Source: Leptolyngbyaceae cyanobacterium (GTDB taxonomy: Bacteria > Cyanobacteriota > Cyanobacteriia > Phormidesmidales > Phormidesmidaceae). From it: DNA of 64,000 nucleotides. The notes under the pieces were generated by a model, which was given only the letters and a program-made list of their open reading frames with translations, was not told the DNA's origin and did no database searches. The number at the start of each line of letters is the position of its first letter. Within the stretch, counting starts at the first letter, position 1. Location: assembly GCA_965263355.1 (NCBI GenBank), contig CBDHHL010000032.1, forward strand, positions 3,712,001 through 3,776,000, in the 5' to 3' direction. Below are positions 54,752 to 64,000 of the stretch, one piece after another. A program made the position numbers and the translations under genes.

Positions 54752-54809
54752 GTCTTGTAGGTCCTTTATTTTCTAACAGTTTCAGGTTCCCTACTCTGCG
54801 TTTACGCCC

Positions 54810-55046
54810 ATGGATCGTCCAATTCCTCTGCCGTCTCATATTCACTACGAGCTATTACTCAGGCTTTTGGAACGTGAAACTGCTGTAGCCATATACCAGC
54901 ACTCGCCCCAAAAGGAACAGTTACACGAGCTGATTATTACTCTACGCAAGGCTATGTCTCAGCAAAAACAGTTGGAAGAAAGTTGCAGGGTTGCAGAGCT
55001 TCCAGTGGAGTACTATTGGTCATTAAATGAGAAACCAGGTGCGTAG
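54810..55046 (+). CDS. Conserved cyanobacterial small protein (DUF5340-like)
   Basis: PLPSHIHYELLL.LLE...LIITLRKA...QK.LEE...WSLN. Confidence 0.75.
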   Translation: MDRPIPLPSHIHYELLLRLLERETAVAIYQHSPQKEQLHELIITLRKAMSQQKQLEESCRVAELPVEYYWSLNEKPGA

Positions 55047-55082
55047 AGACAGCGAAAACTGTGAATATTTATAAATAGCTAA

Positions 55083-55117
55083 AATAACCTGCTGAATTAA
55101 AAAACCAGCAGGTTATT
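55083..55117. terminator. Bidirectional terminator between convergent genes
   Basis: AATAACCTGCTG / CAGCAGGTTATT 12-bp inverted repeat. Confidence 0.75.
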
Positions 55118-55148
55118 GCTTTTAGGCTTAATTTTTGATTAGACAACC

Positions 55149-55262
55149 TTAGGGGTGAAGCAGTAGATCAGGGAAAAAGCGATTAAATTCAATTAGGATG
55201 CCAGCAGTAATAGTCATCCAAATAGCTGCTACGACAGGTGCTGTCGAAAGATATCTCATCAT
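55149..55262 (-). CDS. psaJ: Photosystem I subunit IX (absent from the ORF track)
   Basis: Hand translation [37 protein letters not shown], downstream of psaF. Confidence 0.96.
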   Translation of the reverse strand: MMRYLSTAPVVAAIWMTITAGILIEFNRFFPDLLLHP

Positions 55263-55365
55263 GGGAATTCTTCCTGAATAAAAGCGTCAAAAAAAGACTT
55301 TTCACTGAGTGCAGTTCGACAATATGGCTTTGATATGTGGAAGCCGCACACAAAACAACCTTGCC

Positions 55366-55866
55366 TTAGCGAGGTGAAACAGTTATTTCATCATCGTTAG
55401 CAAACATTGCGCCGGATGTTATGTCTTTGAATGCAGCCAAAGGCCATGCAGCACCAGCCATAGAAGACTTGATAGCCAAGTTGGTATCGATGATAATTTC
55501 CATTTCCTCGGGCTTCTTGGCAGAGCGAGACTCAATTAAGTAGGAGCGACCAGCCCAACCAATCCAACCGGCAATGTAGAGGAATAAGATGCCAGGAATG
55601 ACAAACTCACCCAGATGAGACAAATCTCCATCAACTACAATGTGGGGAAGGCCATCTTCGCCACATAGCAAGGTGGAGTTAGCATAAAAATCAAAACGTG
55701 CTTTAGCACTGTCTGTCGTGGCCGCAGCAGCACGTTGTTGGAACGCAGCAGATTCACCACAGGGGGTTAAACCAGCTACATTATCTCCAGCCAGACTAGC
55801 AGAAGCGGGTGCTGTGAAGCCAAACCAGAGGCAGATTACTAGAGCCAGAGCAAACAACCGTCGCAT
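55366..55866 (-). CDS. psaF: Photosystem I subunit III
   Basis: [36 protein letters not shown]. Confidence 0.97.
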   Translation of the reverse strand: MRRLFALALVICLWFGFTAPASASLAGDNVAGLTPCGESAAFQQRAAAATTDSAKARFDFYANSTLLCGEDGLPHIVVDGDLSHLGEFVIPGILFLYIAGWIGWAGRSYLIESRSAKKPEEMEIIIDTNLAIKSSMAGAAWPLAAFKDITSGAMFANDDEITVSPR

Positions 55867-56120
55867 AGAATATTTCCTTTGTGGTTTACAAAAGACAAAA
55901 AATTAATTCAGAGAATCTCTTAACTTAGATAACCAACCGTAACGCTGCTTTAACTAGCTACATAACCAGTATGCATACCTTCTCTGTGGTTAACGCGTGT
56001 TTAAACCTAACCAACGTGAACTAAATTAAGGATCTACTTGACTCTCAGGGATCATACCTTTCCGTTAAACCCTGACAGGGAAATTGCTCACAAGACTTTA
56101 CATGCTGACACAATTGACGA

Positions 56121-57167
56121 ATGGCTAAGATTTTGGCGATAGAAACAAGCTGTGATGAAACTGCGGCGGCTGTAGTAGACCATCGCCAGTTGCTCAGTAG
56201 TGTGGTGGCGTCTCAAATTGACCTACATCGACGCTACGGCGGGGTTGTTCCTGAGTTAGCTTCCCGTGAACATCTCTTAACCATTGGCGATACGCTAAAC
56301 GAGGCATTATGTGAATCCCAGTTGAGTTGGAGCGATATTGATGCCGTGGCAACTACCTGTGCGCCAGGGTTAGTCGGTGCGCTGCTGGTAGGGATGAGTG
56401 TTGGGAAAACCTTATCATTGGTGCATCAAAAACCTTTTTTGGGTGTTCATCACCTAGAGGGACATATCTATGCTGCCTATTTAGAACATCCTGAACTCCA
56501 GCCTCCGTTTCTATGCCTGCTAGTATCCGGTGGACATACCAGTCTGATTCGTGTATGCGGCTGTGGTAAATATAATCTATTGGGCCAAACACGGGATGAT
56601 GCTGCGGGCGAAGCGTTTGATAAAGTGGCTCGTTTGCTTGATTTGGGATATCCCGGCGGGCCAATAATTGATCGACTGGCTCAGCATGGTAACCCAAAAG
56701 CATTTAAGTTACCAGAGGGGAATATTTCTCTACCAGAAGGTGGCTATCATCCTTATGACGCTAGTTTTAGTGGCCTCAAGACAGCTGTTTTGAGATTAAT
56801 AGAACGGCTTAAGGCTGATAAGGTAGCCCCCTTACCTGTCGAGGATATTGCGGCTAGTTTTCAATCTGCTGTGGTCAGAGCCTTGATTAAGCGGACGATG
56901 CGTTGTGCTCAGGATGAAGGCCTTTCTAAAATTGTTCTAGGGGGTGGTGTTGCTGCCAATAGTGGCTTACGTCAGACATTGACTCAGAGGGCTACTGAGC
57001 AGGGTATGAGCGTTTACATTCCATCCCTTAAGTTCTGTACGGATAATGCTGCTATGGTTGCCTGTGCTGCCAGTGAGCATTTTGAGCAGGGCCATCGGTC
57101 AAGCCTGGATTTAGGTGTTTATTCTCGTTTTCCCCTGGAGAAAGTTGCTGACTTATATCGGTTCTAA
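56121..57167 (+). CDS. tsaD: tRNA threonylcarbamoyltransferase
   Basis: IETSCDET, GGVVPELASREH, HHLEGH, VSGGHT, TDNAAM. Confidence 0.97.
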   Translation: MAKILAIETSCDETAAAVVDHRQLLSSVVASQIDLHRRYGGVVPELASREHLLTIGDTLNEALCESQLSWSDIDAVATTCAPGLVGALLVGMSVGKTLSLVHQKPFLGVHHLEGHIYAAYLEHPELQPPFLCLLVSGGHTSLIRVCGCGKYNLLGQTRDDAAGEAFDKVARLLDLGYPGGPIIDRLAQHGNPKAFKLPEGNISLPEGGYHPYDASFSGLKTAVLRLIERLKADKVAPLPVEDIAASFQSAVVRALIKRTMRCAQDEGLSKIVLGGGVAANSGLRQTLTQRATEQGMSVYIPSLKFCTDNAAMVACAASEHFEQGHRSSLDLGVYSRFPLEKVADLYRF

Positions 57168-57238
57168 ACCAAATCCAAGTCGAGACCTGTATATTCTTCA
57201 CCTGAAAAATGATCGTTTTGGGCGTTCATAAGGTTTGC

Positions 57239-58123
57239 TTAGACTAAGTCGTTATTTAAAAGCCACTGACGTAACTGGCTCTCCAGGGCCATGGTTTGTT
57301 CTAACATGGCGAAGTGACCGCATTGTTGAAAGGTGACGACGGTCTGCTTACCTTGATGGAAAAACTGATGAAAACTAGCTAAATGCTGGACATAACGTGG
57401 CTCCATCACCCTATCTTCTTCTCCGGTGATGAAATATACCGGTTGAGTAAGCTGGGCAACAATTTGGGGCAATTGATGAACTTCCTTTTCAGTGGTAGAT
57501 GCCAAGAGAGATTGGGTGGCTGCTTCTGGGTCTGCCCGTAAAAAATCGTTCAGACGCTGTTGACCCCATCGATAGCTTAGAGTTTGTTGCACCATAATAT
57601 TGGCAAATATCCAAGGGAGTACAGGCAGATGCTGTAACCATTTGGGTCGCCATTCCAGCATCTGTTGGCCTGAACTACGAAACTTTTCAAACGCATTGCG
57701 GATATATATGCCGCCCCCTGCATTTACACAGATGACTCCTTGCACACGGTGTGGAAACAGATGAGCTGCCCACAGGGCAATGCTACCGCCTAATGAATGG
57801 CCAATCAGCCATACATTTTCAAGCTCCAGGGTTTCTAGCAATGCATTTAAGTCACGGGCATAGGCGGCAAGACCGTAGACTGCTGTTTCTGAGGCATGGC
57901 AACGATTCGACAAATATTGAGTAGAATCACCAAAGCCCCTCAAATCGTAGGCTAAACAGGCAATATCTGGAGCCAGTTGCTGCATCAGGGGGTGCCAATA
58001 GGCACGACTGAGTAACCAGCCATGGATACAGACCAATACCAAACGATGGGAGGTGGGAGTTGAAAATAAGTTGGGAGTGAAATCATAGACATGGGGCACT
58101 CCGAAGACAGGTGTCACCACCAT
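57239..58123 (-). CDS. Alpha/beta hydrolase
   Basis: IHGWL, DLRGFG, GHSLGG, CGHF. Confidence 0.9.
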   Translation of the reverse strand: MVVTPVFGVPHVYDFTPNLFSTPTSHRLVLVCIHGWLLSRAYWHPLMQQLAPDIACLAYDLRGFGDSTQYLSNRCHASETAVYGLAAYARDLNALLETLELENVWLIGHSLGGSIALWAAHLFPHRVQGVICVNAGGGIYIRNAFEKFRSSGQQMLEWRPKWLQHLPVLPWIFANIMVQQTLSYRWGQQRLNDFLRADPEAATQSLLASTTEKEVHQLPQIVAQLTQPVYFITGEEDRVMEPRYVQHLASFHQFFHQGKQTVVTFQQCGHFAMLEQTMALESQLRQWLLNNDLV

Positions 58124-58194
58124 GGTGAAAATAGAATTCGTAAAAAAACGGCATTCAAACTTGAACCAGTCCCATTGAGGTTATGTGAGGAATT

Positions 58195-58920
58195 TTAATA
58201 AGGCCCGCCTAACAAACGTTCACGCATACCCTCAGCAATTTTGTGGCCCAAATATTCTGGAATCAAACTTTCATTGGGTCCTAACAGGTACAAAATTAAC
58301 CGAGTGCGGCCACGCCATACCAATAGATTAGCATTTACTACCAGTAAATCTTCTTGCCAGATGGCGTACATGACCTTGTAAAACAGTCCTGGCTGATTGT
58401 CCGCTTCGATGAGTAATGCAGGCAAATGAAAGACAGGATCCACATAAAATTCAGTTTCAACTTTTTCTAGGCCTGCATTGAGATTAAACTCAACGCTGAG
58501 CATTTCTTCTACTTCATAACGTCCTGCTAAAGCTTCCCGAATAGCACGGCAGGTATTATCAGCAGTTTTGTCACTTAGGGCCTTACCGCCACGGGAAACC
58601 ACAAGTTTGACAAATACCAGCATGGGGGGGTAAATCTGCCCATATAGGCTAAGGCTATGAATCGTTAGCCCGTAGGCGGTCAGTACGCCAAAAATATCAC
58701 TGAGTAAAAAAGACTGGTTACGATAAGCAAAATGGAGGGCGCTGCGATTCCCTTCTGGTTTTATTTCGATAACGGCCTTTTTTGTTTTGTATAGCTGATA
58801 GGCAAGCCGTAGATTTTGTAACTGAATTTCGCTGCTGACAAACTGCTCATAAAACTGCGGGAACGCTCGATTGAAGCGTTTCAGCAATTCTACTGTCGAT
58901 GTCTTTAATCCGGCTGCCAT
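58195..58920 (-). CDS. Conserved cyanobacterial protein with two ACT-like domains
   Basis: RNQSFLLSDIFGVL and DNQPGLFYKV resemble GlnD-type ACT repeats. Confidence 0.75.
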   Translation of the reverse strand: MAAGLKTSTVELLKRFNRAFPQFYEQFVSSEIQLQNLRLAYQLYKTKKAVIEIKPEGNRSALHFAYRNQSFLLSDIFGVLTAYGLTIHSLSLYGQIYPPMLVFVKLVVSRGGKALSDKTADNTCRAIREALAGRYEVEEMLSVEFNLNAGLEKVETEFYVDPVFHLPALLIEADNQPGLFYKVMYAIWQEDLLVVNANLLVWRGRTRLILYLLGPNESLIPEYLGHKIAEGMRERLLGGPY

Positions 58921-59313
58921 ATGTATTCAGAAACTGCATTAGTTGTACCCGTTGGCTAACTTGGCTGATTGCATATGCCAGCTCAGTAAATGCCCTGTCA
59001 ATTAATTTTTTGATAGCTTTGCTCCAAAGCACTTTCTGAAGCACCTGAAGCAATATTACCCAAAGTGTTTTGTTATCTTTGCGAGGGTAAACCATGTTTG
59101 GCATTAGAGTATGCCATTAGTCAGCAAGTGGAATGCCATCAAACCAGGTCCAATTTCTAACTGATAGCTTTCTCTACGATAAAACTCTAGTTTTGAACAT
59201 GGATAAGGTTTAACATGCTGGCAAACTTACCGATTAGTTAACTAATTTTGATTGATTCTAAATCAATGTTTTTAGCCTCCTAGGAAAGGATAGACCTATA
59301 CTGCTAGAGTTAA

Positions 59314-59868
<555 letters not shown>

Positions 59869-59887
59869 CTGTTGTTCTACCCTAAGG

Positions 59888-60310
59888 TTAGCTACATAGT
59901 TGCCTAGCTTCAGAGATCCACTGAGAAACTTGCCCGGTATCTGGGCTGAGATCAGCTCGATGCATCAATTTGATTTGGAGTCGCTTGAGTTGAGCGTGGA
60001 GCTGAGCAACAGGAAGTAGGGCTAACTGCTGAGGCGAACTAATGCCAGCATGGAGAAGTAGTCCACAATATTGACAGCCTACGCTGGGAAGGCAAGCAAG
60101 TTTGGCTAGGGCCGTCCACTTGTTGATGTGCTGTATGTGGGAGTTGAGTTGCTGAGCTAATTGTAGGCGAGCAGCTTGGTTCCGAGTCATCTTGAGTAAA
60201 TCGCGGGTAGTGAAAATCTTTAATTCTTTTAACTGCTGCTCGTGCTCAGCAGAAATACCTGGTAATTGTTCAATAGCCCAGTTTTGAAGTCGTATGGAGT
60301 TAGGTGACAT
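59888..60310 (-). CDS. DUF4332-like HhH protein
   Basis: IEQLPGI, LPSVGCQYCGLLLHAGI, V.QWI..A. Confidence 0.8.
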   Translation of the reverse strand: MSPNSIRLQNWAIEQLPGISAEHEQQLKELKIFTTRDLLKMTRNQAARLQLAQQLNSHIQHINKWTALAKLACLPSVGCQYCGLLLHAGISSPQQLALLPVAQLHAQLKRLQIKLMHRADLSPDTGQVSQWISEARQLCS

Positions 60311-60419
60311 GCTGAATGGCTAAAAACCCATAAGGCAAATAGAGGTATATTTATGTTAGGTTGTTAGGCGGCAACTCTAAGGAATTTTGCGACTTGGATG
60401 TTTGCAGTTTTATTGGTTA

Positions 60420-60493
60420 CGGGATGTAGCGCAGCTTGGTAGCGCGCCTGCTTTGGGAGCAGGATGTCGCAGGTTCGAATCCTGTCATCCCGA
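60420..60493 (+). tRNA. trnP: tRNA-Pro(TGG)
   Basis: CGGGATGTAGCGCAGCTTGGTAGCGCGCCTGCTTTGGGAGCAGG...GGTTCGAATCCTGTCATCCCGA. Confidence 0.97.
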
Positions 60494-60713
60494 TTATTTA
60501 ATTTTTTGTTGTACACATTTAGTGTTTGTGAGTGGGATGCAGGGTATTTATCGCTGTCTGTTAGTGCTACGACCTGAATCGCCATAGGATAATCTTGCAG
60601 GTTTATTTGGGATGGTGGCCAATTTTGGAAATGTCTGAGCTAATCTCTTAGGGATTACGCTCTGTTAGATGATTGACGTTAATCGAGTTAATAGTTTGGC
60701 ATTGGGAGGAAGT

Positions 60714-61454
60714 ATGAAAGCAATATTTGGTCGGTTACTATGTGGCCTCTTAGGTGGCGGGATGATAGCCACCACATTCCATACCCCTCAAGCATTAGCG
60801 CTTTCAGAAGATCAGCTGCTTGATAAATTTGCTGAAGTTCCTGTGTTTGTGGTGGCTGACAGAGCAGGTGGTTATGTGACGTCAGTGGTCGATTTGCCGA
60901 ATGATGGTGTTGGTAATGTAGCGTTGCTTAGGGTCTTCTTTAATGAGCCTGATGCTGTTGCTTTTGTGGATCAAGTCCGTCAAGATGATCCTCGCTTTAA
61001 TCCAGGTGGTTCGGTAGGGGTGATTGATTTGGCCTCAGTGCATCGTTTGGCTAGGGAAGATCGGGAATTTCCTTTGAAGCTTATCTTTATTCCTGCCGCT
61101 GATGATCTTGAGGCTGCACGTGCCTTAGATAGTGGTTTTGGGGGTAATACATCCTCTTCACTAGTGCCGTTGTTTGCCTTGCAGGATGCTGCTGGCAACT
61201 ATGTTTCCTTATCTGTTGATAATGAGTCGGAGGAGTCAATTTTCTCGATGTTCTTCTCAAAACAGGATGCAGATAGCGTTTTGAATTCTATTCAGGCATC
61301 GAATCCTGAAGTTGGTCAGGTTAATGTGGGTGTGGTTTCTCTGGCTGATTTATCCAGTAATGTACTCAACAGCGATAATGAAGCGTTTGAGCGTATTCGC
61401 TTTTTGCCAGATTCGGAAGTGATTAATCATATTCAAAGCCTGGATCTGGAATAG
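60714..61454 (+). CDS. Tic22-family periplasmic protein
   Basis: Signal peptide ending ALA, LSEDQL..K...VPVF.V.D, VPLF, FFSKQD; GGGAGG before ATG 60714. Confidence 0.78.
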   Translation: MKAIFGRLLCGLLGGGMIATTFHTPQALALSEDQLLDKFAEVPVFVVADRAGGYVTSVVDLPNDGVGNVALLRVFFNEPDAVAFVDQVRQDDPRFNPGGSVGVIDLASVHRLAREDREFPLKLIFIPAADDLEAARALDSGFGGNTSSSLVPLFALQDAAGNYVSLSVDNESEESIFSMFFSKQDADSVLNSIQASNPEVGQVNVGVVSLADLSSNVLNSDNEAFERIRFLPDSEVINHIQSLDLE

Positions 61455-61523
61455 CGAATTGTTAATGAACGCTATCTTTGATGCCTGCGATCGTTACTGG
61501 GTGAATCTGGTTCAGTAGGTTAG

Positions 61524-62762
61524 CTAGCTGTGATGAGGCGGCGATTTTTTGAGTAAATCGTAGATGCGATGGGCCATCTTAAGCTTTGTGCCTGTGTTTA
61601 GGGGGAGCTGATGGCCCTGGTTATCTAGAAAAATGCCATGGTTGAGATCGCAACCAAATCCACTCTCTGGTTGATCAACTGGATTAGCTACAATTGCATC
61701 CAGCCCTTTGCGTTGTAGCTTACTTAACGCAGGCTCAATGATATCGCCAGTTTGAGCTGCAAACCCAACCAGGGTTTGGTCGGCTCTTTTGTTAGCTGAT
61801 AATTTGGCCACAATATCTGTCACTGGTTCCAGGGGTAAAGGATTTGGCAGATCTGCTTTGGCGAGCTTGCCAAAGCTCAGTTGTTGGGGACGCATATCGG
61901 CTACTGCTGCAGCCATAATAATCCAGTCCGCTGTGGCTAACTGCGCCATCAATGAGGCTTCCATATCAGCGGCATTGACTACGGCTGTGGTGTGCACCGT
62001 ATCGGGAATCGTCTGACACAGCTGACTCTCCATAGGACCATGGACCAGGGATACTTGGGCCCCCCGATGACTGGCGGCGGTGGCCAGGGCAATGCCCATA
62101 CGTCCAGTGGATGGGTTGCCGATATAGCGGACGGCGTCGATATATTCTTGGGTGCTGCCAGTGCTGATGAGGATACGCCTGCCATTGAGGTCGCACCGTC
62201 CTTGGGTGTGCTGCAGAGACTCTAAGGCTGTAAGGATAGTGTAGGGTTCAGCCATGCGTCCGGTGCCGATGCGATCGCATGCCAAGCGCCCAGCTGCAGG
62301 ACCCACTGCATGATATCTGTCATCCGTCAAAATCTGTGCCCAATTCCGCTGAACAGACGATTGTAGCCACATATCCGTATTCATCGCTGGGGCCAGCAAT
62401 ATTGGACATGTGGACGCGAGAACAGTATTGGTTAATAGATTATCGGCTAAACCATGGACTAATTTACCCAATGTATTCGCTGTTAAAGGCGCTATCAGGA
62501 AATAGTCTGCCCATTCAGCTAGCTCTATGTGGAGTGGTCGAGCTTGGTCTGCTGACCAAAAGCTGCTATCGGTGTAAGCAGTATGACGAGAAAGAGTGGC
62601 AAAGGTCAAAGCTGAGACAAACGCCTCAGCCGACGGCGTTAAAATAACCCGTACGGCTGGCCCCGCTTTAGCCAGGGTAGAAACCACCTCACATACTTTA
62701 TAGGCTGCTATACCACCACTAATACCAATCAAAATTTTGGCTGCTGGCGATTTATCTGCCAT
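61524..62762 (-). CDS. coaBC: Phosphopantothenoylcysteine decarboxylase/ligase
   Basis: [48 protein letters not shown]. Confidence 0.96.
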   Translation of the reverse strand: MADKSPAAKILIGISGGIAAYKVCEVVSTLAKAGPAVRVILTPSAEAFVSALTFATLSRHTAYTDSSFWSADQARPLHIELAEWADYFLIAPLTANTLGKLVHGLADNLLTNTVLASTCPILLAPAMNTDMWLQSSVQRNWAQILTDDRYHAVGPAAGRLACDRIGTGRMAEPYTILTALESLQHTQGRCDLNGRRILISTGSTQEYIDAVRYIGNPSTGRMGIALATAASHRGAQVSLVHGPMESQLCQTIPDTVHTTAVVNAADMEASLMAQLATADWIIMAAAVADMRPQQLSFGKLAKADLPNPLPLEPVTDIVAKLSANKRADQTLVGFAAQTGDIIEPALSKLQRKGLDAIVANPVDQPESGFGCDLNHGIFLDNQGHQLPLNTGTKLKMAHRIYDLLKKSPPHHS

Positions 62763-62980
62763 TAGGCTTCGTCGTAGGTTTCCACATCCAACAGATGTAC
62801 ATAGGAACTCACTAGCTCTGGACGCTGGAATGCCACTGACCGCAGTCGATGCCAGTCCTGTAATCCTTCAAAAGCTGTAGGGTATTCATCTTTTTCTAAA
62901 CGTTGTGCCAGCTGATCGACTTCTTCTTGAGTAACGTCAGCGATAGGCTTATTAGAAACTTTGCTTGTACTTGAAACCAT
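62762..62980 (-). CDS. Conserved cyanobacterial small protein (DUF2555-like)
   Basis: [23 protein letters not shown]; abuts coaBC. Confidence 0.8.
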   Translation of the reverse strand: MVSSTSKVSNKPIADVTQEEVDQLAQRLEKDEYPTAFEGLQDWHRLRSVAFQRPELVSSYVHLLDVETYDEA

Positions 62981-63065
62981 GATGCTGGCTCCTGTGGGCT
63001 AGGCGCTGTCTCCAGTGTATTCGGTGTCGTTATCACTGTCTCGGAGTGCGTCTGAAATGTTACAC

Positions 63066-63710
63066 CTAGTTTTTACAAAGTTTTTCGCAAAAATTCTTGG
63101 CTATTTCAAGCACCTGCAGGTTAATTTCATGCCCCATATTAACTTCATAATAGTCAACATTAACTGACAATTTGCTTAATTCAGCTTTACTTCGATGAGC
63201 TTGGGCTATGGGGACCACTGGGTCCTGGCGTCCATGGACTAGCAGAATAGGACGAGGACTGCTGGGGCTAGATAGGGGACCGTGGCTGTAGCCACTGAGA
63301 ATCATCATTCCGGCAACGGGGAGTCCCATGCCGATGTCTAAGGTCATAGCCCCACCCTGGGAAAAGCCACCGAGAACAGTTTTTTCTAGTGGAATGCCTG
63401 TTTGCTGGGGTAGGCTGTTGAGCCAGTCGAGCAGTAGCTGACGACTATATTGCAGATCTGTTTGGTGGGTGCAAGGTTGGTCAAAACTGAAAACTTCAGG
63501 CAAGGCATACCACATGCGTCCATCGGGTGCCCCCATGCCATTACCTACCTTGTGGGCGTGGGGGGCATCAGGAAAAAGCATTTTATAGTTAGCTAGCTGC
63601 ATGTAAGGGGCAATGCCCGCAACATCCTCGGCATTTGCTCCCCAGCCATGGAGCAGAATCAATAAATAGCTAGCAGTAGAGTCACCAGCGGACAAAGCAC
63701 GAAGTGACAT
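63066..63710 (-). CDS. Phospholipase/carboxylesterase
   Basis: LHGWGAN, GFSQGG, HGRQDPVV, MGHEI. Confidence 0.92.
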   Translation of the reverse strand: MSLRALSAGDSTASYLLILLHGWGANAEDVAGIAPYMQLANYKMLFPDAPHAHKVGNGMGAPDGRMWYALPEVFSFDQPCTHQTDLQYSRQLLLDWLNSLPQQTGIPLEKTVLGGFSQGGAMTLDIGMGLPVAGMMILSGYSHGPLSSPSSPRPILLVHGRQDPVVPIAQAHRSKAELSKLSVNVDYYEVNMGHEINLQVLEIAKNFCEKLCKN

Positions 63711-64000
63711 AGGCAGTCTTTGTAAGTGGGAAGGTCGCTACGGATTCTACCGTAGACTTGCCATTGACCTGGAAATTTCTGTTCTATACCTACAAATATG
63801 AAACACCAACAGTTCTTGGTACTGATGCTAATGTTGGCACATTCAAAAAATTTGTAGATGGGGATTTAGTAGCAATAAGTCCCCATAACACCATAGAAGG
63901 CGACAATGCTGTAAGCGTACTAACCCACATAAATTTCATCAATACTGCACAAATCCGGAAAGGCTATTGCATTTGAAGCTATGGATGCCCTCTGGTAGTC

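Noticed and set aside
60364..60587. Short ORFs on both strands
   Set aside because: They overlap tRNA-Pro and are spurious
63758..63976. 72-aa ORF at the window end
   Set aside because: TTG start, no recognisable motifs or RBS; cannot be supported

Overview
Chromosomal window from a cyanobacterium, shown by psbD-psbC, psaF-psaJ, petH with a CpcD domain and frequent HIP1 GCGATCGC octamers. Most of it is housekeeping: the rplS-trnW-secE-nusG-rplK-rplA-rplJ-rplL cluster, map, pstS with a Pho box, ribE, hom, prmC, avtA, rimM, murA, lpdA, trpC, tsaD, coaBC and four tRNAs. An accessory block at about 28.5-44.3 kb holds the main points of interest. (1) A co-oriented four-gene cluster (Rieske oxygenase, serine-palmitoyltransferase-like PLP enzyme, YghO/bCerS-like GNAT, extended SDR) matches the gene logic of bacterial ceramide synthesis. 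It faces a divergent unit of an MFS transporter, a small membrane protein and an HTTM-like protein. (2) A di-haem cytochrome c peroxidase-like gene overlaps a DAHL-type sensor histidine kinase. (3) Three consecutive genes are disrupted, including a low-GC pentapeptide/PLD-like fusion. Smaller oddities: a catalytically dead RAYT-like transposase plus REP/MITE-like repeats, murA apparently lacking a canonical start codon, an M48 peptidase whose last codons lie inside tRNA-Leu, a ferrochelatase-like protein with a poly-His tail, and a degenerate HD-GYP protein. All family assignments come from motifs recognised by eye; no database searches were run.
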